From the human T2T-CHM13v2.0 reference genome, Homo sapiens, in assembly GCF_009914755.1 (NCBI RefSeq), contig NC_060926.1: a stretch of DNA of 64,000 nucleotides. One strand, written 5' to 3'. The notes under the pieces are model-generated. The model was given only the letters and a program-made list of their open reading frames with translations. It searched no databases and was not told the origin of the DNA. Numbering within the stretch: the first letter of the stretch is position 1; every line of letters begins with the position of its first letter. Made by a program: the position numbers and the translations under genes. Positions 27,595 through 40,930 of the stretch are shown here, in pieces.

Positions 27595-28264
27595 CTGCAG
27601 AGGAGAAAAGGGATAGGATGCTGTGGCAGTTGCTCGTAGAAGAATACATACTCCATGAATAAATGAAGTGTAGGAAGGCCTCATTCCCACCCCAGCCCTA
27701 AGCACCATCTTTCTGAAACCCCATGGTACATGCAGGTGTGGGCCCAGCCAGACCATAAGGGCTCAGGACAGGGAGACCCCGACACCTGCCCACAGGCTGC
27801 AGGACTAAGCAGCATAGCTCAGGGCAGGATGGAGGGTGAGGCGGATGTCCTGGACTCACTGTCATCGCCTTCATACCTGTCACCTGGCCCAGGATGCCAG
27901 ACACCCCACCCCAGCCCCTGCCTGGGGTCTTCGTCACTCCAGTCCATCTCCTAGGCTCTTTCATCTTTCGAGAGCACAGGCTTTCTCATGTGTGCCACAC
28001 CAGCTCCTCTCTATGACCAACGTGTCTGAGAAAGTGTCATCTCCTTCCCACAGCAGCCTTGGCCTCCATAACCTCACTTCCCCTCTCCCCCAAAAACCCA
28101 AGTTCAACCCCGAGAGTCCAGTTTGCTGCCCATCAGATCCTCCGTGAGCCTTCCAGCCATGGGGCCTTTGCAGTGCTGGTCCCTGTGCCTGGGATGCCTC
28201 CCTCCTCCGCTCAGTTCACACCTGTTCTTTCAGGCCCACCCATGAGTTCCACCTCCAGTGTCAC

Positions 28265-28440
28265 TTACTAGCAGTGGGACCTGAGGCAGGTAAGTCATTT
28301 CATCTTTCTCTGTCTCAGTTTACCTATCTGTAAAAAGGGATAGTAATACCTACAACACCCCAGGGCTGGTATAAGAATGTATGTAAGTGGTGGGTGTGAG
28401 CTTGGCATATAAGAGACCTCAATAAATGAAGCTATATAAT
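28265..28440 (+). mobile_element. MIR SINE (within L2 fragments at about 27800-28540)
   Basis: 'cacttactagcagtgggacc...aagtcattt..tctctgtctcagtttacctatctgtaaaaagggatagtaatacctac' is the MIR core. Confidence 0.8.
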
Positions 28441-29489
28441 CATGATGTCACGGGACCGGATGGGGTGACTGCACCTTTTTCATCTTTGTATGTCCACCAC
28501 TTAGGGCTACACTCACTGGCACATAGTACACGCTCAATAAACTGGTGACTGAGGAATAAATGCAGGAACCAACAAACATACGACGGCATGGAAAAGGCAA
28601 AGGCTGGGAGTGGGGCTTTGCGGAGGAGAGAAAGATGGGGTTGGGCTAGGCAGAGGAAAAGGACTTTCTGGTGGAGAAATGCATACAAGTGCAGGCCTGG
28701 AGAGAGAAAAGACAAGATGCATGAAACCAGAAAAGGAGTTGGGTTGCAGAGGCCTCTGCTTCCCCAGACAGAGGCCAAAGCCAGCCCCTGTGCTGTCTTT
28801 TCTGGGAAGCGTGGGAGGAGCCGTGGCAGGACTCCTGGCCTGACGGGCCGGGGCAGCCTGCTCTGAGGTCTGGCACGCCTGGCGGCTCAGCAGCCCACCC
28901 TGTGCCCTCAGGCCTGGCTCTGGCCTTAATGTTGTGGGTGGTTGGGGAGGACGCAGAGCCTTGGGAAGGCCTCCAGGGCTGCCAGGCGCCTGCCGCTGTT
29001 GGGGCAGGGTGCAGCAAGGCAGAAACAGCCCAGCCCAGGCTGCGACTGTGAGACCCAGGAAGACAAGGAAGTGCTGGTCCGCCAGCCCCGGGGCAGCGCA
29101 GCATTCCGTGGAGCCAGAGTACTTCCTGGCATGCCCACCCTGGGCTCTCGGGAACACAGCCTCCATCTTAAGTCTCAGGCTGATCCTCAGAGTCCAATCC
29201 TTGTCCTCCCAGCTCGCTCGAGGGAAGGCTGGGAGGCAGCCAGGGGCATCACGGCGTGGACACACTTCAGTGGTACAGTGGGCAGGGCTGGGGAGCTGCC
29301 GGCTCATACTGGGCCCTGCTGCCCCCGCCACATGAATAGAATTCATCAAGTCCAGGAGCGAGTGACTCAGAAATGGCCTCCCTCACCCCCAAAAAAGTGC
29401 ATTGAGAGAAAGTGTGGGAGGAAGCTGGAGGACACGCAGACGGGCAGTAGCAATGAAGAGGAGGGGGGCTCGGGAGAACTCAGTGAGCA

Positions 29490-29720
29490 CTTCCTACGTG
29501 AGGCCACTCAGCACATATTCACATGAAATATCTTAATGAGATCCCCACAACAAGGCTTTTAGATAGACCATGTTGGCCCTTTTCACAGATAGAGACAGGT
29601 CCAGAGAGGTTAAACAACTTTGCTCAAGGATAGACATCTATTATGAGGCAAGTAAAGCTAGCATTTGAACGCAGGGCCTGCTAATTCCAAAGCCTTGCTC
29701 CTAACCAGGGTGCTATGACT
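29490..29720 (-). mobile_element. MIR SINE
   Basis: 'tttcacagatagagacaggtccagagaggttaaacaactttgctcaagg...atttgaacgcagg' is the reverse MIR core. Confidence 0.75.
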
Positions 29721-32198
29721 TTCCCATTGTCTTCCACCTGAGGGAGGGATGCTTTAATATCTCCAGGCGTTTGAACGGCACATCTGCATAGCAAGCACCT
29801 CCCTGACAATGGCCACCTTGGGGCTGGGGTCCTAACGAGTGGAAAACAGAAGGCAGCTCCTGCAGGGAAGATAGGGCCCTTGAACCATCCCTGCCCCCAG
29901 CAGCCAGAAGTCAGAAGATCTGGGTTCAAAATCCTGCTTGACAATTTAAGAAGATATAGGAAGTGCTGGAAGAGGCGGGGAACAGGAGCCATTCACGGAA
30001 GTGAGCAGAGAGGCTGGGACCCTTCCCCATGACAGCCTCTTGGGGGTAGGCAGGGCTGGAGAGCAGCGGGAGGGAAAGGAGGAAAGGTGACCATCACATT
30101 TCCCTCCCCCTCTCCAAAGCCTCCCCCTCCCTGGTCGGCCATTCTTCCCACTGGCTAGGCCTGGCACAGCCCAGAGTGTAGGGAGGAAGAACGAAGAGAG
30201 AAAACAGTGTCCTCGTCCCAGGTTTCTTCTGGCCTCTCCTTCCCTGAAAGTCACCAGGGTCTCCCAGCATGGATGGGGTGACATATAGTGCGGCACACAT
30301 ATGTTTCTGAGAGCATGGCCAACGTGCCTGCGCCCAAGAAAGGGGCTGGGGACCAGCAAAGTAGGGAGGAGACCTGGGCATGTGTGTAGCTGTGAGCTCA
30401 TGAGGAGTCAGTGAGGTCACAGTGCCCACTTGCCAGTGATGGGCCCAGTGGCAGGGAGGGCGTGGACACGGAAAAGGCAAATGGCCACTTACCCTCACCC
30501 CTTCCCAGGCCCCAGCCCAGGTCTTACCGCCCCAGCACCTAGGACAGCCACGGCCTGAGAAGGAACCCAAGATGGCTGCAGACCAGGGGTTAGGAGCCCG
30601 TCTGTTCTGGTTCCTCAGGGCCCTTTGGCCTTGAACATTTGGTAGAGCCCGTTAAAATTAAAAAGCCAAGAGGCTGGTGGCTCTGAATGCCAGCTCGTTT
30701 TTCCCTGGCACGGCGGGTCCTGTTTAAGGGAACCAGCTGGTATTAATGGCACACAGCTCATCACAAACAGCAGCTAGCGATCAGAAAAATCAGAGCTAAT
30801 AATCGGGTTCAGGAAAGATAATGAGATGTGGAACAATTACTGCTGAGGGTCCCCCAGGATCTGTTTTAACAGCATCCAAATAAGCCACAAAATAGAAATT
30901 AACCAAACAGGAGCTCCATTTTGGTAGATGGGGAAAACAAACAGGGTGTGGATTTTGCACAAGAATTTCTTATATGGCCAGCAGACAGGGCTTCTTGGAA
31001 AACCAGGGCTCAGGCCCCACAGGACATCAGCAACATCCTGAAGGAGGGAATAGGCCTTCTTGACCACCTATCTCCAAGGTCTGGCTACTGGGCCAGTGAA
31101 TTTGCCATGAGCAGCTGACAGGAGACCAGGGGAAAAGGAGGGAAGGCCGGCTTCCTGATAGTCCCCACGGAGATGGGAACAGGGCTGACCAGCACCAGGA
31201 GCTATGGGTGGGGTGGGAGCTTCATGACACCAAATCTTTAGTGTCATGAGCTACACAGCTGGTGGCTGTAGCCTTAAGTACCAAGGGCTTTCCGGGCCAA
31301 CAACAGGCCAGCAAGGAGACACTGGATGAGGCTGGAAGAATGCCTGCATCCCTCTCCCCGCATCTGTGCCCCCACTGCAGCCTGAATATCCATTGCCTGG
31401 AGGATGCCTCTGTGTCCAAGGGCTCTAGGCACTCCAGCTTCTCGCACCCCAAATGAAGGTTGTCTCGTTCTTCCTCACCCACACCCCAGCCTCCTCGCCC
31501 ATTTCCAGCTCTGCTTCTCATGCCAGAGACCTCACAGCGTTCTGGGAAGGAGCCTCCTGGGGCCCACGTGTAACCATGGCTCCCTGGTGCATCTCCCGGA
31601 TGTCATGAATGCAGCTGTTTGCTCTCCCTGCTCCCAACACTCAGCACGCAGCCTCTGTCCCTGGATGACAGTGCACCTCCTAACCAGGCCCCCTGTTTCC
31701 ACTCTTGCCCCCATCCATCTGCTCTCTACAGCAGTTGGAGTGAAGTCTGAAAACATGGCGACTTGCTTAAAGCCTTCGGTGACACTGGAGGAGCCACACG
31801 GCCCTGCGGGACTGCCTGGCTTGCTTGCAAGGCTCTGGCTACCTGTATGAGGAGGTGCCGTGAGGGAGTGGGCCCAAGGGTCATGAAGGCTCCTGAGGAA
31901 GGGGATGCCTGCCTGAGCCCTGAATAGGAGGCTAGGAAGGGAGCAGGGCTCAGCCAAGGATCAGAAGCATGAAATACCAGGTTGTCTGCGGGGTACTCAG
32001 ACGACAGTCTACAGACTCTATTGCATCAGTCATTATGGGGGTCCAAATAGCCCTGAAGAACAATGGAGTAAGGGGCACGCCTAAAAGGAGGGCCCCTCTT
32101 GGGTGGTAGATAATAATGTAACCAAGGTTAGGGGTTTGTGAGGGCACCGGGGGCAAGGGTGGGGGAAGGTCAAGGAATTGCTGAAGTACCAAAAATAT

Positions 32199-32212
32199 CC
32201 ACCAGAGGGCAC
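32199..32212 (+). promoter_or_regulatory. Candidate CTCF site (forward orientation)
   Basis: CCACCAGAGGGCAC is a perfect match to CCASYAGRKGGCRS, with TGAAGTACC 8 bp upstream resembling the ZF9-11 U motif. Confidence 0.7.
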
Positions 32213-35200
32213 ACTTAGTAGCACACATTGGTAGTCAAGTGGACCCAAGACCCTCCATGGAGGTCAATTGTTCCCCAACCCCAGCCAGCCTGCCGCTTGG
32301 CAATGGGGTCAGCAGCAAAGTAGCCAAGTAGCTGGGACAGAGCTCTGCACAGGCTAAAACATCAGTTGCTCCAGCTGTGACCAAGTGGCTTGTTTGCTGG
32401 CAACAGTGACCAATCCTGACCCCTGAACCATGCCCCACAAGGGCCAGGGGGCTGCTGGGAAATCAATTACATCAGACCCCTTCTACATGGGAGGGGGCAA
32501 CAACTTGTCCTACCTAGAAAAGACACAGAGCTGCTTTCTGTGTCTGACTCACACTGCCAGCATCACCATCTGCAGGCTTCTGAACACTGCAGATTCTCTA
32601 CAGGGTCCATGAGATGGACCCTCCAAACCCAAAGCCACCCCCTGAACACAGCAAGACAATAGTCTGGTCCAGGATTCCCAGGTGCTGTCGTCCCCCTACC
32701 TCTCTCCAGCCTGGAGAAGAACAGAAGGGCCTGAGGTACACCCTCCACCACAGAGCCAGCCAGGCCCTGTCTTATAGGCGGCAGGGCATGCTCTGGGCCA
32801 GGGACAAATATATGCCGCTGACTTGACTATAGCCAGAAAACACAGGCCCAGGAACTAAGTATGAAGGTGAGCAGAGGGTTGAACTCTGTTATACCTAAAG
32901 AACCTCTCAAAAAATGTCTCCCAGTCCCCACTGCTCTCAGGGTACCTGGGGAAGGACTTGTCTGCCAGGAGGCGGCACGGTAATAGCTCCTCCAACCTAG
33001 AAGCTGAGAACACCACTCGGCTTCTCCCACCTCCTTATGCCACAGGGGGTGCAGCAGGAAAAAGGAAAAAGGGGTCTCTGTGTGTGATTAAGCCTGGGTA
33101 GGCCCTGTCACTTACTTCACCTCCATGCCTCAGTATCCTCGTCTGTAAAATGAGGATGAACACCTAAACAATGCCTGGCGTGCTGTAGGCACTCCAGAAG
33201 TGCTAGCCATTATTACTAATCTCATGACTACTTTCCAGTCTGACTATCCAGGGACACAGAGTTGTCAGTAAGCAATGGGAACTGGAAGGTGTATGGGTTC
33301 AGCACAGGGATCCCCTGGAACCCCTTCTTCTATGCCAGTGTCTGGTAGTGAAGGTTAACAGCCACTGCATCCTACACAGAAGGGACCCCCCAGGGCCCAG
33401 AACCTTTGAGAATGGAGCTCAGCATTGCCCCAACAGGGAAAGACCTCAGCCAGCTAAGAGGTCTGGGGACAGCTAAGGGTGTGAGGAATGGGCGTGAAGT
33501 GCCTCTCATCATGTGGCTCCCCCAGGCAGCTCCTGACTGGTCCCACAGCACTTCATCCCTGAGTCTTCCTCTCCAGCCCCACGTCCACCCTCATTCAGGC
33601 CCCTTGTCCATGAGGGTGGCCCCACCCCTTCTCCTCCAGCCCACTTCCACCTGCACCATCTGCGACACCCAGGTTCCCGAGCCCAGGCAGGGCTCCAGGC
33701 ATGGCCTCCTTCCACCTGAGCAAGGCACTCATGGCACCTCTTGACTGGCCCTGATCCTCCTCCACTCACGATCACCATCACTCCCTACCCGGTGGCCGCC
33801 CTCCTGTTCTGAGCCCGGAGTTGGTCATGCTCTCCTGTGCACCTCTGCTTGTACGGTGCCCTCTCTCTGGAACACCCACCCTGCCTGCCCCTGGCTCTCT
33901 CCATTCTGTCCTACGAGTCAGCCCTGTGTGAAGTAGGGGCCCCTCCCTGCTCCCACCACACCCTGGGGTCACCTTCATCATAATTCTGATTATACCACAG
34001 AGCCTTCTAGCTTCCCCTCTCAGTGCCTTGAAAGATATACCAGTCCCTGAAGCCCCCAGCACCTGCAAAGTACCCGCACATCACAGTCCCCCGATGGGAG
34101 TCAATGTCTCTTACTTCCTCTCACCCTCGTGTAGCCGGGGCCCAGGGAGGGCCGCCCACAGAAGTGCTTAATGCAAACTCTTGAACTAAAAAACAGTGAG
34201 GATTGAGAGAGGCTTCCTTTGTTAAAAGACAGCAAACTGTTAGATTTCAAAAATAACTTAAGACGGGATTTCTTTTTTATTCTCAAGCAAGCAGCCAGAC
34301 ATTGCCAAATCTATTTAGAAGGTTCACCAAGAGGCTGCTAATCCCACCCTGGTGGTCCTGCAACCAGCAGGAGTCTTCACTTGGGGGCATGCAAACTGGG
34401 GATCCCTGACTCCAGGGTTGCTGGCCAAGGTCAGGGCTCCTCTGAGTGGGGCAGGGAGCTCTTCAGGGCCCCCAGAGGAGGCTGGCCTCCACTCCAGTTT
34501 GCCCTCTGTCCCAAGGACCTGCTTGCAGCCTGTCGGCCCCCATCCATGCCGCCTGCTTGTAGGGACTCGTTTTAATTAATGCCAGAGCTGGGCCAACCAC
34601 TGGGGCCGTGACACTTGTTTGCAGGTCATCTCCTCCTAACAGGCTTGCCCTGGGAGGGGATTTGTCACTAATTGAAACAGAGATCAGTTAATGAGGCTGT
34701 AGGACCTGGGGTTCCAGAGAACAAGGGAAAGGAAAATAAAATAAAGCCTCTTTCTTCAGAGGTTTTGTGACTTACACACACAAAAGAAAAGCAAGCAAGC
34801 TGCCGATTTTCCAAGTCAGAAACTCCACTCCATCTGCCGGAGTTAGACGCTCACTGTGTGAAGACGTCAGGCGGAGGGACGCCGCCACCACTAGGACTCG
34901 CAGATCGGAGGGGCCTCAAGGCCAGCGATCAATCAGTGGCCTAATTAATAAGTATTTATGGGGCAGTGCCCTGTGCTCCTCTCCATGGGGGAGAAGCCAT
35001 GGTGCCCGTCCCTGGTTAACTTGTAATCCAGTGGGGATGAGGCTCAGACTGCAGAACACTAAGGGGACAGGGACACAGTGCGACTGAGTGTGAGTGGGGA
35101 GGACAGGAGTTTCCAGGACTTGTGAGGAGGGAGAGTGCTATGGGCTGGAATGGTTGGGGAAAGCCTTTCGAGGGGTGCTGGAGCTCACAGGGAGGAGAAA

Positions 35201-35444
35201 GGAGGGAGTCCCCAGCACAGGCACAGCCCCGCGTGAGGCCCCAGCCCCTGCCCAGCAAGAGCTCAGCTCTGGGAACCCCAGAGGGCTCCAAGTCCCCCAG
35301 TAACTCTGTCTTCAGAACCCATACCCCACAAATCTGTGCTAGGTTTGCCCTGGCAAGTGGTTGGGACGGAGCGGCTGATGGTCCCTCAGGTGGGGCAGTG
35401 AGGACTGGACACACAGAGGGCTCGGAGCTCTCAGAAAAAGCTGA

Positions 35445-35666
<222 letters not shown>

Positions 35667-36370
35667 AGAAGCTGATTCTTGTTCTCTGAGCCCCAGGCCT
35701 GCAGGTGAAGGAAGTCCACCAGGACAATGATCCCCTTCACTCAGGCCTTTCCATTCAAGGCCACTCAGCATCCTTCCCTATGTAGCCTCCTCCTCTCACC
35801 TTGCCCCTGAGTCTCAAAAAAAGGAAGGGGATTTTTGAGCTGCTAAGCTAAGCAGACCATCAGCTCCTCTCATCACAAGGAACAAGGAGGAGGTGACAAG
35901 AGTTCTTTCTCCCACTCAGGGGAGCCTTTGGCCTTCACCCACCAAGTCCCCAGTATCAGGGACCCCCAATTTGTCTGACTCCCAAATGAAGTCTCCTGCT
36001 GGGCTGCAGGACAAGCTGGGTGGCAGGTCAGCAGTCTCTTGGTGAGCCACCTGAATGTCTCACTTCTTGCTTTTGTGAAGACATAAGGATTTGGGAAAGA
36101 GATCTTGGGCATGAAATGGGACATCCCACTTCACAGCTATTTGGAGATGACTTGGTCTATGTGGGAGTGAAATAAATGAGGCCATTTCAGGACAACCCCA
36201 AGTCCCTCCTTTAGAAGAATGGTGAATTAAATTGTGGCGTATGGTACAATGGGTAATTATACAGCCGTGAACAGTTATTATACAGTATTTACTTAATGGC
36301 ACTGGAAAGATGAGCAAAGGGGGTTTTACCAAAAGGTTATTGTATGTGAATTCTTCATTATATGTGAATG

Positions 36371-37003
<633 letters not shown>

Positions 37004-37892
37004 TATGTGAATGTTGTTTGGTTTTCATTTTCTAATTTTTTTTTTCTTACCAGTTACATTAATGTATTGTGTAATGGATGAAATGACAGAGTTGTGAAGG
37101 GGCCCTTCGCCCTCTGGAGTCGGCTATAGAAGGCCATCCTAGTGGGGATCCAGAGACAGCCAGACGTAGGTACAGGGGCGGGCTCAGGGGTGGGACAAGC
37201 ATGCAGAAGGTCCTGGCAGCTTGAGCGTCCACTCTGGCTCTGGCCCAGGGCCCTGACTGTGTCACTTGCCCCTGGCCTCCTCTGGGAAGCAGGGAGCCAC
37301 ACCTGCCGTACCCTCACGCTCAGTCTCTGAACCTCCCCTACTGAGTAGCTGCTCTGGCCTCAAAGTACTGTGGAGACTCAGAGTGAGCCTAACGCCCCTG
37401 GCTTCGGGCACTGACAGGTCTTCAGGAAGAGCTGGACGTGTGACACCAGTAAGGCCATAGAGAGGGAAAAGCAGTGCCCCGGCAGCTGAGCAAGAGCTCA
37501 GGGGAGCAGGCACATGGGCAGGCCTTGCAGAGTCATTCAGAGGCATCCCCCCACCCCGCTCGCTCCAGCCACGTTACCGAGCATGAGGAGCAGCTCTTCC
37601 GAGCAGAGTGCTGGGCAACCGCAGCCCCACTCAAGACAGATGTCCTGCCTCAGTGCCCCCAGGCACAACCTCACCTCCCCACCTGCTCTCCATTACAGGG
37701 AGCACCAGGTTGTGCTCTGTCTACTGGAGCCTCTTCTCGGCTTGGAAAGCCTGTCCTGACTCCTCCACCCACAGAAACCTGTCTCCCAAATCCTTGCCTG
37801 GCCTGGCCCTCAGACAAGCATCCACCTGCAATGCTGAGCGGGGTGGCCCCAGAGCAGCAGAGCCAAGAAGGAGCAGGGGAGGGAGTACTCAC

Positions 37893-37958
37893 AGCAATGG
37901 AGACGGCGCTGATGACAGCTCCCAGGTATCCCTGGATGAACTTGGATGCAGGTGAAGG
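37893..37958 (-). CDS. SFXN5: SFXN5 coding exon (probably exon 9), 66 nt, PSPASKFIQGYLGAVISAVSIA
   Basis: Acceptor tctgttttccag, donor GCT|gtgagt; symmetric phase 0. Confidence 0.96.
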
Positions 37959-39374
37959 CTGGAAAACAGAGGCAGAATTTCAGGCCTGCTGGGTGCCCAA
38001 AGCTCCCATACTTCCCCTTGTAAGCTGTCCCAGCCAGCAAGAAGCATCCTGCCCACCAGCCTGGAAAGTGGGTAGAAGGAAGAGGCCCCTCAGGACTCAA
38101 AGGGATCAGGCCACCCTCAGCTCAGTTCCCAATGCAGAAATATAAATCACCAGTATCCAGGGAGATACTGAAGGGCCCACTTCACTCCTGCCCTGTTCTA
38201 GAAAGGTCACTGGCAGACAGTGCTGGGTGGAGGTGGAGAACAGCAAGGCTAACATGGACCATTGAAGGCTGGGGCAAGCAGTCTTCAGTTTAGAGGCTAA
38301 ATGTTTCAAGGGGGCCATTTGGCACCTGGAGCGCTTTCTAGGTGGAAATGCCAGTGTCAAGGCTCTCACAGGCCTTGCCAGCCCATGGAACAGCTGGGCT
38401 CCCATGTCAACAGATGATAGCTGCCCAATATCTCTAGAGAATAATATACCCCAAGTTCCAACACAGACAATTAAGAAAAAGCTAAGGAACTTGCCCTGTG
38501 CTACAACTGCAGGTCTAGAAGTGTCTGGTTTAAGATAAAGGGAGTCATCCAAGCAGAGATGGCCATATGTGAAGCCTATGAGAGAGACTTGGGGTGGAGG
38601 TTTAGATGTCAGGGGGCAGCCACAGCATATCAGGCCTCTCAATTCCTATGGCCCAGGCCAGCTCCTATTCCCCTCCTCTCCCCCAAGGTGAGCAAATGTT
38701 AGGACTCTCCTCTACCCCAAACTGACAGGCCCCCAAAGGGGACTTAGATGCATCCTGCCTTCTTTGCCTTTGAATTGAAGTTGGGGAGAGGTGGCCTTGC
38801 CAGCAAAGCAGGGGCCCAGCAGCCCTTCCTGGACAACAGAAGGGTGACTGGGCCTCCACCACAAGCTCTCCAAGGAGTGCAGGGGCTCTGGGGGGGAGTT
38901 ACCAGCCCTGGACCCTCCCCACTCAGGAGCAGCCCTTCAGCTTGTGGCCAGCAGTCGGGACCTGGGAGCGCTAAGGCAGCTTCCAGAAATTTTGGAGGAA
39001 GCTTTATGGGAATTTTGCCCCCAAGTAGCTGATACCATCATGATCCAAAACCCAAATGTAAGAGCTACCCAAGAAGAATCTGAAAGCCAGCCGAACTCAT
39101 CCCTTGCACTGCTCCCATTTAATGGGCCTTCTTCACTTCATGTAAACAGCCCCTCCCCAGAGGGCTCCTGGCCCAGAAACTGCAGCTGACCTCAGCTGAG
39201 TCATGTCTGAGTCGGCCACCCACCTGAAGGGCTGGCATTTTAAATAAGATATCTAGAGGAGGGCCATGCTTAACCAAGAGGCAGCCACTGATGGTGGCAT
39301 GTCACGCTGTAGGGAGGATGACTGGGCCTCCCTAGCCTGAACCCCACCACTGGGGAGAGGGCAGTGATGCTCAC

Positions 39375-39431
39375 CTTGGTCGCATTGCGGTTTGCATAGT
39401 TGACACAGGCATTGTGGCTCTGGTTCAGCCA
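39375..39431 (-). CDS. SFXN5: SFXN5 coding exon (probably exon 8), 57 nt, [19 protein letters not shown]
   Basis: Acceptor attgcctttcag, donor AAG|gtgagc; signature Asn-rich sideroflexin motif. Confidence 0.97.
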
Positions 39432-40468
39432 CTGAAAGGCAATGATGAGAGAAGTCAGGGAAGGAGTGGTCACCTCCCTGGAAGCCAGGCCTGGACCCCA
39501 GGAGGCCACACATCCCCAGAAAGGCACAGCATGCGGTCTCCAGCTCACATGGTGCCGCCCATGCTGCCGGTCAGCATGACTGACCGTCCTGGTTTGCCCA
39601 GGGCTGTGCTGGTGTTAGCACTGGAAGCCCTGCCTCTCGGGAAGTCTCTCGGTTCCTGAATGGGGTCCTGCGCACCCCAGTAGTCCACCTGATCCTGAGA
39701 CAGTCACCTCTCTTGGAATGATGGCATTCACTGCCCCTGCAGACCCCACTGCCTTTGTCACACCATCTTTATTATATTACCTGCTGGACAAAAGTTGGCC
39801 TAGAATGACTGACAGCCCTACAATTCTTTCAAAAATCTCCCAGTCCAGTATCCTGCACCTCCAGTTCCCAGACACAGAGGCCGGCAGGAGTTTAGTTCAG
39901 GGAAGACTGACATTTTCTCCTAGAAGACAGACAGGTTTTCCTTCCTGCCCGTCTTTCTCTGCACACACAAACACAGAGATATCCTCAGTTTTCATGGCAT
40001 CACAACCCAGACTGTCTCCAAGAGCAGGGACCAGGGTCTGTGATGCACTTCACAACCTCAGGTTAGGGGTGGATTTAGCTTCCTCAGCAGATGTGGGGGA
40101 GGCTGATGTCAAAATGAGGCTATGGGCCTCAGGGTCACTGGCCTTGGGATGAGCAGCCAAGGGGCAGAGTGGGGGCCACCCCACTGACAAGCCAGCATGT
40201 TCCAGGCAGGGGCACGCAGCCCTCATGACCTCTGTCCAAAGGTTAGAGTGACACATGGTGGATTGAGACATGCTGGGCTGCTGGAGACCTGCTCAGCAGG
40301 GCCAAAGTCCTGGTTTTCCTTCAGTGGCTTCTGGGCTAGGGGTGGTGTTGGGGTGGACTGACCCTACACGGGGTCTGGACGGGGCAGGAGACACCACAGC
40401 AGGGAGTTCTTAACCAGCACCTGTGTGGGCCCTTCCTTCAGGAGCCCTGTTTGCTGCGAGACTGTTAC

Positions 40469-40522
40469 CTGCCAGAAGACAGTGGATGCCAGTGTCTGGT
40501 TGGGCAAGAGAAGACCGACTAC
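40469..40522 (-). CDS. SFXN5: SFXN5 coding exon (probably exon 7), 54 nt, VVGLLLPNQTLASTVFWQ
   Basis: Acceptor ctctcttgctcatag, donor CAG|gtaaca; in frame with both neighbours. Confidence 0.96.
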
Positions 40523-40579
40523 CTATGAGCAAGAGAGAAGAAATGCTGAAAAAGGCAGAAGAAACATCCTATGCTTTTG

Positions 40580-40930
40580 CAAAGAAAAAATACGCTACCA
40601 CAAATGAGTGAGCTGGATCTGTACAAACTGATGTGGTATGCCGTGTACATACAAACTGAGGTTCATTGAGGGAGAGGCTGTGTGATGGGAAAAAACCAAG
40701 TTGCAGAATTATATTACAGCATAATCTTATTTATTTAAAGAAAAATCATTTTATATATAACGATATACACAAACACATGCATACACACATTATCTTCAAG
40801 CATGAAAAAACCTGTAGTGTGGATGTCTCTGGAGGTTGGGTTGCAGATTACTTTTGCACAATCTTAAATATTTCTGTATTCTTTTAAACAACAGACATGT
40901 ATTATTTCCACAATTAGGGGGGCAATAAAA
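40580..40930 (+). mobile_element. L1ME-type 3' UTR fragment
   Basis: 'aatgagtgagctggatctgtacaaactgatgtgg...aaaaaccaagttgcagaa...catgtattattt'. Confidence 0.6.

Noticed and set aside
28534-29526. Longest ORFs in the track (271 aa minus, 194 aa plus)
   Set aside because: GC-rich intron gives overlapping open frames on both strands; Pro/Ala/Gly/Arg-rich, no recognisable domain, no supporting splice structure.
37474-38145. 223-aa plus-strand ORF
   Set aside because: Antisense shadow across a real SFXN5 exon in GC-rich DNA; no homology recognised.
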